From: Candidatus Babeliales bacterium
GTDB taxonomy: Bacteria; Patescibacteriota; Saccharimonadia; Saccharimonadales; UBA10212
Direction of reading: 5' to 3'
Length of the DNA stretch: 63,411 bases
NCBI GenBank assembly: GCA_035479215.1
Contig: DATIIZ010000012.1
Location: forward strand, 1-63,411
Shown here: piece by piece, positions 26,769-37,718 of the stretch
How the letters are laid out: every line of letters starts with the position of its first letter
How positions within the stretch are numbered: the stretch's first letter is position 1
Translations under genes and position numbers: made by a program
Notes under the pieces: model-generated
Databases searched by the model: none
Told to the model about the DNA's origin: nothing
Seen by the model: the letters and a program-made list of their open reading frames with translations, nothing else

Positions 26769-29700
26769 TTACTCCTTAGAGGCAACTGTTTCCAGTTCGC
26801 TTTCTAAACTCGTTTCTTCAGTTTGTTCGTCTTCGTTTCTACGCCGGGCGCCGGTACCGACTGGTATCCGTCGGCCAAGTATGACATTTTCTTTCAGACC
26901 ATACAGATGGTCGACCTTACCGCTTGTTGCTGCGGCAATCAGTACACGGGTGGTGTCTTGGAACGAGGCAGCCGATAAGAACGAATCGGTTGAAAGCGAT
27001 GCTTTGGTGATACCCAGTAGAAGTTGTGTGTATTTCACAGGGTGCTTGCCTTCGGATAACAATCGGTCATTGGTTTCTTCTACTGCCAGCTTGCTGACGA
27101 TGTCGCCTGTTATGAATTCACTGTCTCCGGCGTCTTCTATCTGGACACGGCTGAACATCTGACGGACGATTACCTCAAGGTGCTTATCAGCGATGTTCTG
27201 GCCCTGGCTGGCAAAGATGTAGAGGATTTCTGTCATGATGTAGCGCTGGGTAGCTTCTACACCCTGCAAGCGCATCAAATCGTGTAGGTTGATTGAACCA
27301 TTGGTCAAACGCTGGCCAGCAAAGACCTCATCACCATCGGCGACCATCATTTGTTTAAAACCCGGTATCTCGTAGCGAATCATCGTCTTGGCTGTCGGAG
27401 CAATCGTAATCACGCCTTCCGAAACGCTAGCTTTGCCAATCATCGGTGCGGTAATTGGTTCGCTTTGGTCTTCCTGGGCAGCAACCACATCACCGATATT
27501 GACTTCATCACCATCTTTTATCTGAGCGGTGCGACCATTGAGTTCTATCTCAATCGCTTTTTGCTTTTTAGCGGTGACCTGGACTACGTAATGATCACCC
27601 TCTTCCCAGAGGTTGATCTTGCCTGATATGTCTGTCAAATAGGCTTGTCCTTTCGGTGTGCGGACTTCTAGCAACTCTTCTACACGTGTAAGTCCCTGAG
27701 TCACATCATCTCCTGCAGTGACGGCACCGGCCCGGTGCTTAGAGTCCAAAGACAACTGAGTGCCGGGCTCGCCGATAGACTGGGCGGCAATGACTCCAAT
27801 TGGATAATCTGATGCAACTAATTCTCCGGTAGCTAGATCGATTCCGTAGGATTCTCGGGTAACACCGCGGGTGGAGGAACATGAAAGAACACTCATTATG
27901 CGGACACTATCAATAGAGGCGTCTTCCTGGATAGATTTGGCTACTTTCGGAGTAACCAGTTCACCGGCCTTGATATACCTTTTGACATTTTCCGCCACAT
28001 AACGGCCTTCTAGTCGTTTTCCGAGCTCTATTCCAATTGTTTCTGAATCGGAGCGATGGACCGGAAAGCCGTGGTCTTCAGCTTCCTGCTCAAGCGTAAA
28101 AACATCTTGGGCGACATCTACTAAGCGTCGCGTTAGATAGCCTGAATCGGCGGTTCGCAAGGCGATATCGATCAGCGATTTTCTGGTTCCCCGGGTAGCA
28201 GTAAAGTACTCCAGTGGATTAAGCCCGTACTTGTAGTTAGACCGGACAGGAAGCTCCATGGCCCGTCCGGTAGCATCAGCTCTGATGCCGATCATTCCGA
28301 CGGAGTCTTTCATCTGGCTGAGGTTACCTCTGGCTCCAGATGCGACCGCCATAGACATGGTGTTGTCCTCTGTGGCGAATTGCTCTGCCAAGGATTTTTC
28401 TACTTCTGAGTCAACGTCAGTCCAGGCATCTATTGTCAGCCTGTATCTTTCATCGTCAGTTATCAAACCGGAAGCATATTGTTTACTGACTTCTGTGGCC
28501 TTTTTTTCGCCTTCATCGACGATTTTCTGCAAGACCTTCAAGTCAGAAAAGTCGTCCATACCGATTGATATTCCAGAGGCGGTGGCGTGGCGGAAGCCCA
28601 GGTCTTTGAGTTCGTCGGCAATCTCTGAAGTCTTTTGCTGGCCGTATTTCTGGTAGGTGTAGCTCATGACGTCATCAAGTTTGCGGCTGGTCATGGTTAC
28701 ATTGCGATATTCGGCGTCTTCAGGGAATATTTCATTGAAAAGTAGGCGACCAGCAGTTGTGTTGCGAACTTCGCCACGAAAAGGTACCAGCACCCTGCTC
28801 TGCAAAGTGATTTTACCGTTATCTAAAGCTAGTACGAGTTCGTCGATACTGCTAAAGGCGCGCGGTTCCTTACTCTTTGAACCCGGTCGCTCATATGTCA
28901 GATAGTAACAACCAAGGACAATGTCTTGCTCAACATGCAGGATCGGTGAGCCATCGGCTGGCTTTAATAGGTTCTTGTTGGATGCCATGATTTCACGGGC
29001 TTCTGCTTGAGCCAAATCTGAAAGCGGGAGGTGAACAGCCATCTGATCGCCATCAAAGTCAGCGTTGAAGCCTTTGCAGACCAGCGGGTGAAGTTGGATT
29101 GCTTTACCTTCTATTAAGACCGGTTGGAAGGCTTGGATGCTAAGCCGGTGCAAACTTGGTGCCCGGTTTAAAAGAACATATTTTCCTTTAATGACCTCGT
29201 CTAGAGTGTCCCAGACGACGCTTTCGTTGGATTCAATCATCCGGGTAGCACTGCGAATGTTGTGGGCCAGTTCTTGTTCTATAAGCCGACCAATGACGAA
29301 CGGCTTAAATAGTTCTAGAGCCATGGTCTTGGGCAGTCCGCACTGGTACATCTTGAGTTCCGGGCCGGCTACTATTACTGATCGTCCCGAATAATCTACT
29401 CTTTTTCCAAGCAGATTCTGGCGGAACCGGCCCTGTTTACCTTTGAGCATATCGCTAAGGCTTTTTAGGCGTCGGCGTTGGCCGGTCGCGGCTACAGCCC
29501 GCCCTGATCTGGTTGAATTATTATCTATAAGGGCATCCACGGCTTCCTGCAACATTCGTTGTTCGTTACGGCGGATGACCTCAGGCGCGTTCAGCTCCAT
29601 CAGCTTCTTTAACCGGTTGTTTCGATTGATTACCCGACGATATAGGTCGTTCAGGTCACTGGTAGCAAACCTGCCTCCGGTAAGCTGAACCATCGGACGT

Positions 29701-30614
29701 AGATCCGGCGGAATTACTGGTAGAACACTGACAGTTAAACTGCTTGGCTTAATACCGGCACGGTGCATGCTTTCCAGCAGGCGCAGGCGCTTCATGATTT
29801 TCTTTTTACGCTGGCCCTTAGCTTCTTCGGCTTCTTTGTTTAGGTCTTCGATCAATTTTTCGAGGTCAACTTCTTCCAGAAGCTCTTTCAGAGCTGCGCC
29901 GCCCATTCCGACGGATATCAAGGCCTGCAGTTCTTCTGGCAAGCTTCGGTATTCTGTTTCACTCAATAGGCGAAACTTCTCCAGGCTGTCAACTTGAGTG
30001 TTGAAGGTTTCCATCTCTCGTGCTAGTTCTTCAAGCTCCTTAGTGCGGGCTTCGGCCAAAGCATGGATATCGACGCCATCTTTCTTAGATTCATCTTCGT
30101 AGCGGGCATTTATAGCCGCTTCGGCGGCGGTATATTCGGCGCGGCGATCGTCGCGGATCTTATTCCGAGCAACCATATCAACGCTTTTGATAATGTAGCT
30201 GGCAAAGTAGGCGACTCTTTCAAGGTTTTTAACAGTCATGCCTAGCAAAAGGCCCATCGCGCTTGGCGTACCTCTTAAGAACCAGATGTGACCCACAGGA
30301 CTAGCCAGATTGATGTGGCCCATGCGTTCACGGCGGACGATGCTGCGGGTTACTATTTCGCCATGCTTATCGACGGCAGCCTCACGCGAGCGAACTCCTT
30401 TGTACTTGGCATCATGGGGATTTATATCTTTGACAGGGCCGAAAATGCGTTCGCAGAAAAGACCGTCACGCTCAGGTTTTTGGGTCCGGTAGTTTATGGT
30501 CTCCGGCTTGGTGACCTCTCCGTAACTCCACTCCTGGATATCGTCTGGGCTAGCGATGGCCAGCCTAACAGCGTCAAAGTCTGCAATATTAGTCCCTGTT
30601 GAATATTGGCGCAT
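26769..30614 (-). CDS. rpoC: DNA-directed RNA polymerase subunit beta'
   Basis: The NADFDGDQM catalytic motif ([16 protein letters not shown]) and full-length beta' similarity. Confidence 0.99.
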   Translation of the reverse strand: MRQYSTGTNIADFDAVRLAIASPDDIQEWSYGEVTKPETINYRTQKPERDGLFCERIFGPVKDINPHDAKYKGVRSREAAVDKHGEIVTRSIVRRERMGHINLASPVGHIWFLRGTPSAMGLLLGMTVKNLERVAYFASYIIKSVDMVARNKIRDDRRAEYTAAEAAINARYEDESKKDGVDIHALAEARTKELEELAREMETFNTQVDSLEKFRLLSETEYRSLPEELQALISVGMGGAALKELLEEVDLEKLIEDLNKEAEEAKGQRKKKIMKRLRLLESMHRAGIKPSSLTVSVLPVIPPDLRPMVQLTGGRFATSDLNDLYRRVINRNNRLKKLMELNAPEVIRRNEQRMLQEAVDALIDNNSTRSGRAVAATGQRRRLKSLSDMLKGKQGRFRQNLLGKRVDYSGRSVIVAGPELKMYQCGLPKTMALELFKPFVIGRLIEQELAHNIRSATRMIESNESVVWDTLDEVIKGKYVLLNRAPSLHRLSIQAFQPVLIEGKAIQLHPLVCKGFNADFDGDQMAVHLPLSDLAQAEAREIMASNKNLLKPADGSPILHVEQDIVLGCYYLTYERPGSKSKEPRAFSSIDELVLALDNGKITLQSRVLVPFRGEVRNTTAGRLLFNEIFPEDAEYRNVTMTSRKLDDVMSYTYQKYGQQKTSEIADELKDLGFRHATASGISIGMDDFSDLKVLQKIVDEGEKKATEVSKQYASGLITDDERYRLTIDAWTDVDSEVEKSLAEQFATEDNTMSMAVASGARGNLSQMKDSVGMIGIRADATGRAMELPVRSNYKYGLNPLEYFTATRGTRKSLIDIALRTADSGYLTRRLVDVAQDVFTLEQEAEDHGFPVHRSDSETIGIELGKRLEGRYVAENVKRYIKAGELVTPKVAKSIQEDASIDSVRIMSVLSCSSTRGVTRESYGIDLATGELVASDYPIGVIAAQSIGEPGTQLSLDSKHRAGAVTAGDDVTQGLTRVEELLEVRTPKGQAYLTDISGKINLWEEGDHYVVQVTAKKQKAIEIELNGRTAQIKDGDEVNIGDVVAAQEDQSEPITAPMIGKASVSEGVITIAPTAKTMIRYEIPGFKQMMVADGDEVFAGQRLTNGSINLHDLMRLQGVEATQRYIMTEILYIFASQGQNIADKHLEVIVRQMFSRVQIEDAGDSEFITGDIVSKLAVEETNDRLLSEGKHPVKYTQLLLGITKASLSTDSFLSAASFQDTTRVLIAAATSGKVDHLYGLKENVILGRRIPVGTGARRRNEDEQTEETSLESELETVASKE

Positions 30615-30616
30615 CC

Positions 30617-33600
30617 TTAGGCCTCCTCTTCGATGGTTTTACTGGATATATCTTCAAGTTCGTCGGGTTCTGTTAGCGATAAACCGCTATCTTCGGCAAT
30701 CGCCAGGTCATCGGCCACAATCGAATCATCTACGATTACAGCGTCATCGATAATCGGGGTGTCGGCAGAAACCGGCACAGCTGCCTTGGCTTCTTCTTTT
30801 ATGTGCTGTGCCAGGACATGCTCGGCATCAATTATCTCGTTTTGGGCTAGCAGGTCGACTTTTAGACCCAGACCTTGGAGTTCCTTGACCAGAACATTGA
30901 AACTTTCGGGGACTTTAGGTCCTTGGATGGTCGTGCCTTTTATGATGGCCTCGTAGGCCTTGGCCCGCCCGTAAACATCATCTGATTTTATAGTCAGCAT
31001 TTCTTGAAGGGTATTCGCGGCGCCATAGGCTTCCAGGGCCCAGACTTCCATCTCTCCAAACCGCTGTCCACCGTTTTGAGCTTTTCCGCCCAGCGGCTGT
31101 TGAGTAACCATAGTGTATGGCCCAGTCGAGCGGGCATGAATTTTATCGCTGACCATGTGGTTAAGCTTAATGATATACATACTGCCAACAGTCGTTCTTT
31201 CCGAAAAGGCCTCTCCCGAACGCCCGTCGTAGAGCTGCTGCTTACCGTCTTCTGGCAAGCCGGCTTGTTTTAATAGGTCTTGGATTTTAGCTATTGGGAC
31301 TCCATTGAACGCCGGGCTGGCAATTTTGATACCAAGTGCCCTGGCGGCCATACCCAGGTGGGTCTCAAATAACTGGCCGATGTTCATCCTAGAGGGGACG
31401 CCCAAAGGGTTCAAGATAATGTCGATAGGTGTACCGTCTTCTGTGAATGGCATATCCTCAGCGGGCAGGATCCGGGCAATAACACCCTTGTTACCATGGC
31501 GGCCGCCGAGTTTATCGCCGACGGATATCTTGCGCATCTGGGCTACAAACACCTGGATTTGCATTATTACCCCGGCTTTCAGCTCATGACCGTTAGCCCG
31601 GCTGAACACCTTTACGCCAACAACTTTACCGTGGCGGCCAGTGCTCATACGCTGAGAAGTATCGCGCACTTCCTTAGCCTTTTCTCCGAAGATAGCCCGC
31701 AGTAGTCGTTCTTCGCTAGAAAGTTCCTGTTCACCTTTAGGGGTGATTTTACCGACTAGGATATCCCCGGGGTGGACTTCGGCACCGATGCGGACAATTC
31801 CGTCTTCATCGAGGTGCCTGAGGGCTTCCTCAGAGACATTCGGGATGTCTCGAGTAACGATTTCCGGACCCAGTTTGGTTTCCCGAACCTCGGTCATGTA
31901 ATCCACGATGTGGATTGAAGTTAAGGTGTCATCCTCGACTAATCTGCGGGAAATAATCACGGCATCCTCAAAATTATATCCGCCCCATGGCATGAAGGCT
32001 GTCAGAAGGTCTTTACCGAGCGCCAATTCACCATCAGCGATACTCATGCCTTCGATCAAGGCATCACCAGCCTTAACTTTGTCTCCGCTATTGACTACGA
32101 CTAACTGGTTGATGGAACTGCCTTCATTGCTGCGGATAAAGTGCACTGGGCTATAGGTTACTTTGCCACCTTTTTTGTAATTGACTATCAGCTCATCGGC
32201 AGTAGCTTTTTCAACTGTGCCGTCATCTTGGGCGACTATTAACTGGCCGGTATTATGCGCCACCAGGGACTCCATACCGGTTCCGACAATCGGCGATTCA
32301 GGTTTGATCAATGGTACGGCCTGTCGCTGTTGGTTAGAACCCATCAGCGAACGTAGAACATAGTTTTTCTCTACGAAGGGTATTAGTCCGGCGCTGGAAC
32401 CAATGGTCTGGCTCTGGGCGGCATCCATATAGGTTACATCGTCGGCGTCAACTTCACCGGCTTCCAAAAGAGTACGAGCACTGACACGGCCTTCTTTGAA
32501 ATAGCCTTTTTCATCAATCTCATTTCCAGCACCAGCGATCACTCCCTCAGCTTCTTGGTCAGCATCTAAGTAAATGATCTTATCTGTTACTTTTGCTTTA
32601 ACCGGCCAAGTGGCTCGGTCTTTGATAGTGGCTAGCTTTTTGGCAGCTGCATCGCTGATAACGGTTCCTGCCTTAACAATTACTTTGCCTTTTTCATCTT
32701 CCAGATCATTGCGCGCCACATGGCCGGCGGCTTCCTTGGCGGTCACTGCATTTATTACCTTGCGGTACGGTGTCTCCACAAATCCATATTCATTAATCCG
32801 GGCATAGCTGGCCAGATTCAAAACCAGGCCTATATTGGCGCCTTCCGGTGTTTCAACTGGGCAGATTCGTCCATAGTGAGTTGCGTGGGCATCACGGACT
32901 TCAAATCCAGCCCGTTCCCGTGATAAACCACCCGGACCCATCGAACTTAGGCGTCGTTTGTGGGCAAGTTCTGAAAGGGGATTAATTTGGTCCATAAACT
33001 GAGATAGTTGTGAGCTGGCGAAAAATTCACGCACAGCAGCGACTACCGGGCGGGCATTAATTAGCTGGGCTGGCGTTACTGTTTCAATCTCACTCATGCT
33101 CATCCGGTCTTTAGCGTTACGCTCCATACGCAGCAAACCGATTCGGAATTGTCGTTGGACTAACTCGCCGACCAGTTTGACGCGGCGATTAGCCAATGAG
33201 TCGATTTCATCAGCCGGGTCCTGGGTAACGTTCAAGCGGATAATTTCAGCAATTACAGCCAGAAGGTCCTCGATCCGCATCACGCGGTTATCTATGGTAT
33301 TGGCGACTTTAAGATCAAGTCTTTTATTGATCTTGTAGCGGCCGACACGGCCAAAATCAAATCGTTTAAAATTATAGAACATGTTCTCCAGCAAACTGCG
33401 GGCGTTATCAATGGTTGCCAAGTCACCTGGTCTTAACCGCCGGTATACCTCAATCAGGGCCTCGTTGGCAGTGTTGGATGGGTCTTTATTCAATGTGGCG
33501 TCAATATAATTAATTTCACCCTGGTCGACGTGCTTGAAGGCATCTTTAATCTGTTTGTCATCCAAGCCGAGTGCTTTTAGAAGTGTCGTGACGGCAATCT

Positions 33601-34156
33601 TGCGTTTTCGGTCTATCTTTACATAAATCGCCCCAGCGGCCGAGGTTTCAAACTCCAGCCATGCCCCACGGACAGGAATGATCTTGGCTCCATATAAACT
33701 GTAGGTCCCGTGCGGATCGGCAGTGAAGAAGACCCCGCTGGAGCGAATCAGCTGACTGACTACCACCCTTTCGGCACCGTTAATAACGAATGTTCCTCGG
33801 CTGGTCATCCAAGGATAATCACCAAGGTAGATTTCCTGATCTTTGACTTCACCGGTAACTTTATTTGTCAGCTCAATCGTAGCCTTCAGCGGGGCTTCAT
33901 AGCTTACATTGTTCTCCCGGGCTTCACCCTCACTCATCTTGGGGTCTTCGAAGTGGTAGTCCTTGAAGGAGATACTGAGTTTTGTACCGGTATAATCGTC
34001 TATTGGGCTGATCTCAGCCAGTAGCTCACCTAAACCCTCATCCACGAACCATTGGAAAGAGGTATTCTGGTGGCTCACCAGGTTTGGTGGAGAGATTATG
34101 TCATCTTGTTTTGTAAAGTACGTGCGTTTCGCAATATTGCCCAAAGTTTTTGCCAT
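30617..34156 (-). CDS. rpoB: DNA-directed RNA polymerase subunit beta
   Basis: Full-length beta similarity (GRHGNKGVI, RFGEMEVWALEAYGA). ATG at 34156 (MAKTLG...). The ORF-track start at 34165 is a TTG three codons upstream. Confidence 0.99.
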   Translation of the reverse strand: MAKTLGNIAKRTYFTKQDDIISPPNLVSHQNTSFQWFVDEGLGELLAEISPIDDYTGTKLSISFKDYHFEDPKMSEGEARENNVSYEAPLKATIELTNKVTGEVKDQEIYLGDYPWMTSRGTFVINGAERVVVSQLIRSSGVFFTADPHGTYSLYGAKIIPVRGAWLEFETSAAGAIYVKIDRKRKIAVTTLLKALGLDDKQIKDAFKHVDQGEINYIDATLNKDPSNTANEALIEVYRRLRPGDLATIDNARSLLENMFYNFKRFDFGRVGRYKINKRLDLKVANTIDNRVMRIEDLLAVIAEIIRLNVTQDPADEIDSLANRRVKLVGELVQRQFRIGLLRMERNAKDRMSMSEIETVTPAQLINARPVVAAVREFFASSQLSQFMDQINPLSELAHKRRLSSMGPGGLSRERAGFEVRDAHATHYGRICPVETPEGANIGLVLNLASYARINEYGFVETPYRKVINAVTAKEAAGHVARNDLEDEKGKVIVKAGTVISDAAAKKLATIKDRATWPVKAKVTDKIIYLDADQEAEGVIAGAGNEIDEKGYFKEGRVSARTLLEAGEVDADDVTYMDAAQSQTIGSSAGLIPFVEKNYVLRSLMGSNQQRQAVPLIKPESPIVGTGMESLVAHNTGQLIVAQDDGTVEKATADELIVNYKKGGKVTYSPVHFIRSNEGSSINQLVVVNSGDKVKAGDALIEGMSIADGELALGKDLLTAFMPWGGYNFEDAVIISRRLVEDDTLTSIHIVDYMTEVRETKLGPEIVTRDIPNVSEEALRHLDEDGIVRIGAEVHPGDILVGKITPKGEQELSSEERLLRAIFGEKAKEVRDTSQRMSTGRHGKVVGVKVFSRANGHELKAGVIMQIQVFVAQMRKISVGDKLGGRHGNKGVIARILPAEDMPFTEDGTPIDIILNPLGVPSRMNIGQLFETHLGMAARALGIKIASPAFNGVPIAKIQDLLKQAGLPEDGKQQLYDGRSGEAFSERTTVGSMYIIKLNHMVSDKIHARSTGPYTMVTQQPLGGKAQNGGQRFGEMEVWALEAYGAANTLQEMLTIKSDDVYGRAKAYEAIIKGTTIQGPKVPESFNVLVKELQGLGLKVDLLAQNEIIDAEHVLAQHIKEEAKAAVPVSADTPIIDDAVIVDDSIVADDLAIAEDSGLSLTEPDELEDISSKTIEEEA

Positions 34157-34333
34157 CAAAAGCAATGCTCCCTTTATAAAAATTAGTTGTCGCTTATGCG
34201 AAGCCCACTACGTTCGGCGATGCGCATCCTATTCCCACGAGCAAGCACCAAAGTACACTACTTCTTACCTACATTCTGAAGGAGTCTAGCACCTATGTCA
34301 AGAACGGAATTTTGTGATATTACTCACTCTAAC

Positions 34334-34978
34334 TTAAGCGGCTTTCTTAATTGAATCAGCCACTTTTCTAGAATCTATCACTCTATCAATAATTCCATAC
34401 TTCTTGGCATCTTCGGCGCTCATCCAAAAATCGCGGTCAGCGTCTTTTTCCAACCTGCCGATAGGCTGGTTGGTATTTTTTGCCAGGATGCCAATGAGCC
34501 TTTTCTTGATATCCTGCATCTCCCGCAGAGTAATTTCCATCTCCGTAACAGATGAACGCTCGCGGCCGCTGGTCCAGGGCTGGTGTATCATTACTTTACT
34601 GTTGGGCAGAATCAGTCGCTTCCCCTTAGTGCCGTTACTTAATAGTACGGCGCCCATGCTGGCCTGCATGCCGACTCCAACTGTCTGAATATCGCATTTG
34701 ACGTAGTTCATGGTGTCAATGATGGCCAGTCCGTCATAAACACTGCCACCGGGGCTGTTAACATAAAAAATAATATCCTTATTGGGGTCTTGGTTTTCTA
34801 AGAACAGCATCTGGGCGATTATCAGGTTAGCGGAGTGTTCATTTACATCACTGCCGAGAAATATGACCCGGTCACGAAGTAAGCGGCTATATATATCGTA
34901 GGCCCGTTCAAACCGGCCCTCCTGTTCGATGACAGTAGGAACTAATATTTGCGAAGTTGGTTTAGCTACTTTATCCAT
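34334..34978 (-). CDS. clpP: ATP-dependent Clp protease proteolytic subunit
   Basis: [15 protein letters not shown], the active-site region GMQASMGA and IHQP. I moved the start to ATG 34978 because the ORF-track start at 35017 lies inside the CIRCE operator and promoter. Confidence 0.95.
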   Translation of the reverse strand: MDKVAKPTSQILVPTVIEQEGRFERAYDIYSRLLRDRVIFLGSDVNEHSANLIIAQMLFLENQDPNKDIIFYVNSPGGSVYDGLAIIDTMNYVKCDIQTVGVGMQASMGAVLLSNGTKGKRLILPNSKVMIHQPWTSGRERSSVTEMEITLREMQDIKKRLIGILAKNTNQPIGRLEKDADRDFWMSAEDAKKYGIIDRVIDSRKVADSIKKAA

Positions 34979-34988
34979 ATGTAATAAG

Positions 34989-35017
34989 AGTATATTTGAT
35001 AATTTGGCACTCGTCAA
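34989..35017 (-). promoter_or_regulatory. clpP promoter with the -35 box inside the CIRCE spacer
   Basis: Minus strand: TTGACG (35012..35017), 17 nt, TATACT (34989..34994), then 10 nt to the ATG. The leader is very short or absent. Confidence 0.5.
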
Positions 35018-35030
35018 GTGAGAGTGCTAA
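35004..35030. promoter_or_regulatory. CIRCE-type inverted repeat (HrcA operator) upstream of clpP
   Basis: TTGGCACTC-N9-GAGTGCTAA. This has one mismatch to the CIRCE consensus TTAGCACTC-N9-GAGTGCTAA. Confidence 0.75.
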
Positions 35031-35045
35031 CTAAGCTTAGCGGAG

Positions 35046-36326
35046 CTACTTTCCGGCGTATTCTGTCAGTTTAGCTAGAGTTTTTTCGGTTAATAGTCTG
35101 GATTCAATATCGCGGCGGTTTTCCGGCTTATCAAGTTCCGCTTGCATCTGTTGGTCTTGGTACTGGCCCTTTAAAATCTGCAACCTGATTTCCAACTCTT
35201 CGGGCGTTACACTCAGGCCTTCCTTTGCAGCTATCTCGCTTAATACCAGACCGGATTTGACCCGCTCGACTGCTTCTGGGAGGTGCCTATGGCGATGTTC
35301 TTCTTCCGTAACTCCCTCTGCCTTTAAGTGCTCCTGCCAAGTCTCTCCTCGATAGGCTAGATTTTGCTTTTCCTGGTCCTCCAGACGCAGATTCTCTTCT
35401 TCAACTAGGCTTTTTGGCACTGCTAGTTCTGATTTTTCAACGATCTTACGAACTAACTGAGTCTGGTATTCATTATCTGCCTGCTGTTGTCTTTCGATCT
35501 GCAGCTGCTTTTTAATATCAGCTTTTAGTTCAGCTAGGGACTTGAACGGCCCGGCTTTTTTAGCGAACTCATCATCAATCTTGGGTGATTTGAGTTCCTG
35601 GACTTTGATGACGTTGACCGTAAAGTTGACTTTCTTATTCTGCATAGCAGCAACTCCGTAATCTTTTGGAAAGTTGATGTCGAACTTCTTAGTTTGGCCG
35701 GCACCAACGCCCAAAAGGTGGTCCTCAAACCCCGGTATAAATGTGTTGCTGCCAAGTACTAACGGATAATCCTTACCCTCGGCTCCACCTATTTTCTTAC
35801 CATCGCTGTCTACTCCAGAGAAATCAATTGTCAGCTCATCGCTTAATTTGGATTCCCGGTCAACTTCAGCCCGTTCGGCCATCCGTGTCCGCAGCGAATT
35901 GATTACTTCGTCCACGTCCTTAGCGGTAATCGTGACTTTTGGTTTAGCCTGTTTCATGGCCTTATAGTTCGGCAGTTTTATTTGGCCAAGTACCTCAGTT
36001 TCGGCTTCAAATTCCAGCTGGGTGTAGGGCACGAATTTCTTGAGCTGGACATTAGGTGTATTTACCGGCCGTATCTGCTCTTGGTCGATGGCTCGTCGAT
36101 ATAGGTCATTGATAGCGTGCTCCATGAATTCATCCAGCAGACGTTGTTGGTTGACGTGTTTTTCTAGCAGCTCCACCGGCGCTTTTCCGTTCCTGAAACC
36201 AGGCACTTTCACGGATTGCTTAAAATGGCTAAGTACATGGCGGTAGATCGGCTGAAGATCCGCCGCTTCACCTTCGATGACCAATGTTACATTGGTCGGG
36301 CTATTATCTTTCCTCACAACTTGCAT
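35046..36326 (-). CDS. tig: Trigger factor
   Basis: N-terminal ribosome-binding signature VPGFRNGKAP plus the overall length and architecture. Confidence 0.93.
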   Translation of the reverse strand: MQVVRKDNSPTNVTLVIEGEAADLQPIYRHVLSHFKQSVKVPGFRNGKAPVELLEKHVNQQRLLDEFMEHAINDLYRRAIDQEQIRPVNTPNVQLKKFVPYTQLEFEAETEVLGQIKLPNYKAMKQAKPKVTITAKDVDEVINSLRTRMAERAEVDRESKLSDELTIDFSGVDSDGKKIGGAEGKDYPLVLGSNTFIPGFEDHLLGVGAGQTKKFDINFPKDYGVAAMQNKKVNFTVNVIKVQELKSPKIDDEFAKKAGPFKSLAELKADIKKQLQIERQQQADNEYQTQLVRKIVEKSELAVPKSLVEEENLRLEDQEKQNLAYRGETWQEHLKAEGVTEEEHRHRHLPEAVERVKSGLVLSEIAAKEGLSVTPEELEIRLQILKGQYQDQQMQAELDKPENRRDIESRLLTEKTLAKLTEYAGK

Positions 36327-36360
36327 GAGGCTTAATTATATCTACTTCTTATCTGTTTTT

Positions 36361-37662
36361 CTAGGGCTGGTTGTCCCGGGTAGACAAAAGATTTTCGGCC
36401 AGCTGGTCGATATCAAGGCTTTTCTCTTCACCTGTAACCAGATTTCTAAGCTTCAGATGTCCGGTCGAAATCTCTTCATTACCGATAAATATGGCGTAAT
36501 TAACTCCGGATTTGGCGGAGTGTCTTATTTGAGAGTCAAGTTTACGGCCAGTGGCATCAACTGCAACATTAAGGCCTTTGGCGCGAAGGCTATCAAGGAT
36601 ACTTTGGGCTGGCCTATAGGTATCACCCACTAAAATAGCAACAGCATGGGCCTCAGGCTGAAGATGCGGTAAAAGATCGTGCGTGACAAGGAAATTCTGC
36701 AATGTCACGTCGCCCATACCGAAACCGACTGTCGGTACCGGTTCGACGCCGAAAAGCTCCACTAAGCCGTCGTAGCGGCCGCCGCCGAACATCGATCTGA
36801 CATTTTCTTGATTTGTGTCGAAGACTTCAAAAACTATGCCGTTATAGTAGTCCATGCCCCTGATGACTGAAAAATCAAAATGGGCACTACTGATACCGGA
36901 TGCCGCTAGCATGCTCATAAGTTTATGAAGTTCCTGAGCGGCATTGTCGTCCCTGACTTCTACTGGCAACGAATCCAGGCTTTTTGATTCCATCAGTTCC
37001 AATAGTTCTTTGTATTGGTTCTCGTTTTTTAAGATATCTCTGGCCTGAGCGTGGAATTCGTCCCGCTCAATCTTATGCCAGCGGTCAATAAGTTTGCTGG
37101 TTTGATAAATCTGGCTGTCATCAAGCCCCATGTACACCTTGAGGAATCTATCGACAAGCTTGCGACTGTTGATCCGGATGACAAAATCATCTCCTTGGGC
37201 ACCGAAGCTGCGCAGAATCCGATCGGCAATCACGATGATTTCGTGGTCGGCGCTAGTATCAGCAACCCCGAACAAATCGACATTCAGCTGCCAGTGTTCA
37301 CGCAGCCGGCCCGCCTGGGGCCTTTCATACCGCCAAAGGTTTGGCAGGCTGTACCAGCGCAGCGGATAGGCCAGTTCCTGGCGCTTGCCAGCTACCATCC
37401 GGTTAACTGAAGGTGTCATTTCCGGCCTGATGGCTAACTTGCGTCCGGCCTTATCTTCAAATGAATATAGCTGTTTTTCAACGATTTCTTCACCGCTCTT
37501 TGCCGAATATAACTCTAGAGGCTCCAGCAATGGGGCATTATATTCTTGGTAGCCAAAGCTCTCGGCCACTTGGCGCAGCTTGGCAAACATATACTTTTGT
37601 ATACGCTTATCTTCCGGGTAAAAATCCCGGGCTCCTTTATACGGTTGGGTAGAGAGACTCAT
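36361..37662 (-). CDS. hisS: Histidine--tRNA ligase
   Basis: Class II aaRS motifs, including the MFGGGRYDGL signature (GGGRYD). Confidence 0.95.
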   Translation of the reverse strand: MSLSTQPYKGARDFYPEDKRIQKYMFAKLRQVAESFGYQEYNAPLLEPLELYSAKSGEEIVEKQLYSFEDKAGRKLAIRPEMTPSVNRMVAGKRQELAYPLRWYSLPNLWRYERPQAGRLREHWQLNVDLFGVADTSADHEIIVIADRILRSFGAQGDDFVIRINSRKLVDRFLKVYMGLDDSQIYQTSKLIDRWHKIERDEFHAQARDILKNENQYKELLELMESKSLDSLPVEVRDDNAAQELHKLMSMLAASGISSAHFDFSVIRGMDYYNGIVFEVFDTNQENVRSMFGGGRYDGLVELFGVEPVPTVGFGMGDVTLQNFLVTHDLLPHLQPEAHAVAILVGDTYRPAQSILDSLRAKGLNVAVDATGRKLDSQIRHSAKSGVNYAIFIGNEEISTGHLKLRNLVTGEEKSLDIDQLAENLLSTRDNQP

Positions 37663-37680
37663 ATCTGAAGATTATTATAG

Positions 37681-37709
37681 CGGACATTGCCTGCCAAAGC
37701 GGATATAAT
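37681..37709 (+). promoter_or_regulatory. Candidate leaderless-type promoter for the gene at 37719
   Basis: CGGACA, 17 nt, TATAAT (37704..37709), then 9 nt to the ATG. It shares TATAATTGATTCA with the MTase upstream region. No SD is present. Confidence 0.4.
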
Positions 37710-37718
37710 TGATTCATC

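Noticed and set aside
26881-34024. Dozens of 60-135-aa plus-strand ORFs inside rpoC and rpoB, with similar ones across the r-protein genes, fusA, tuf, clpC, recG and others
   Set aside because: They lie antisense to long, unmistakably conserved genes. They have low-complexity Ser/Arg/Leu-rich translations and no start context. They are typical shadow ORFs of moderately GC-rich coding DNA.
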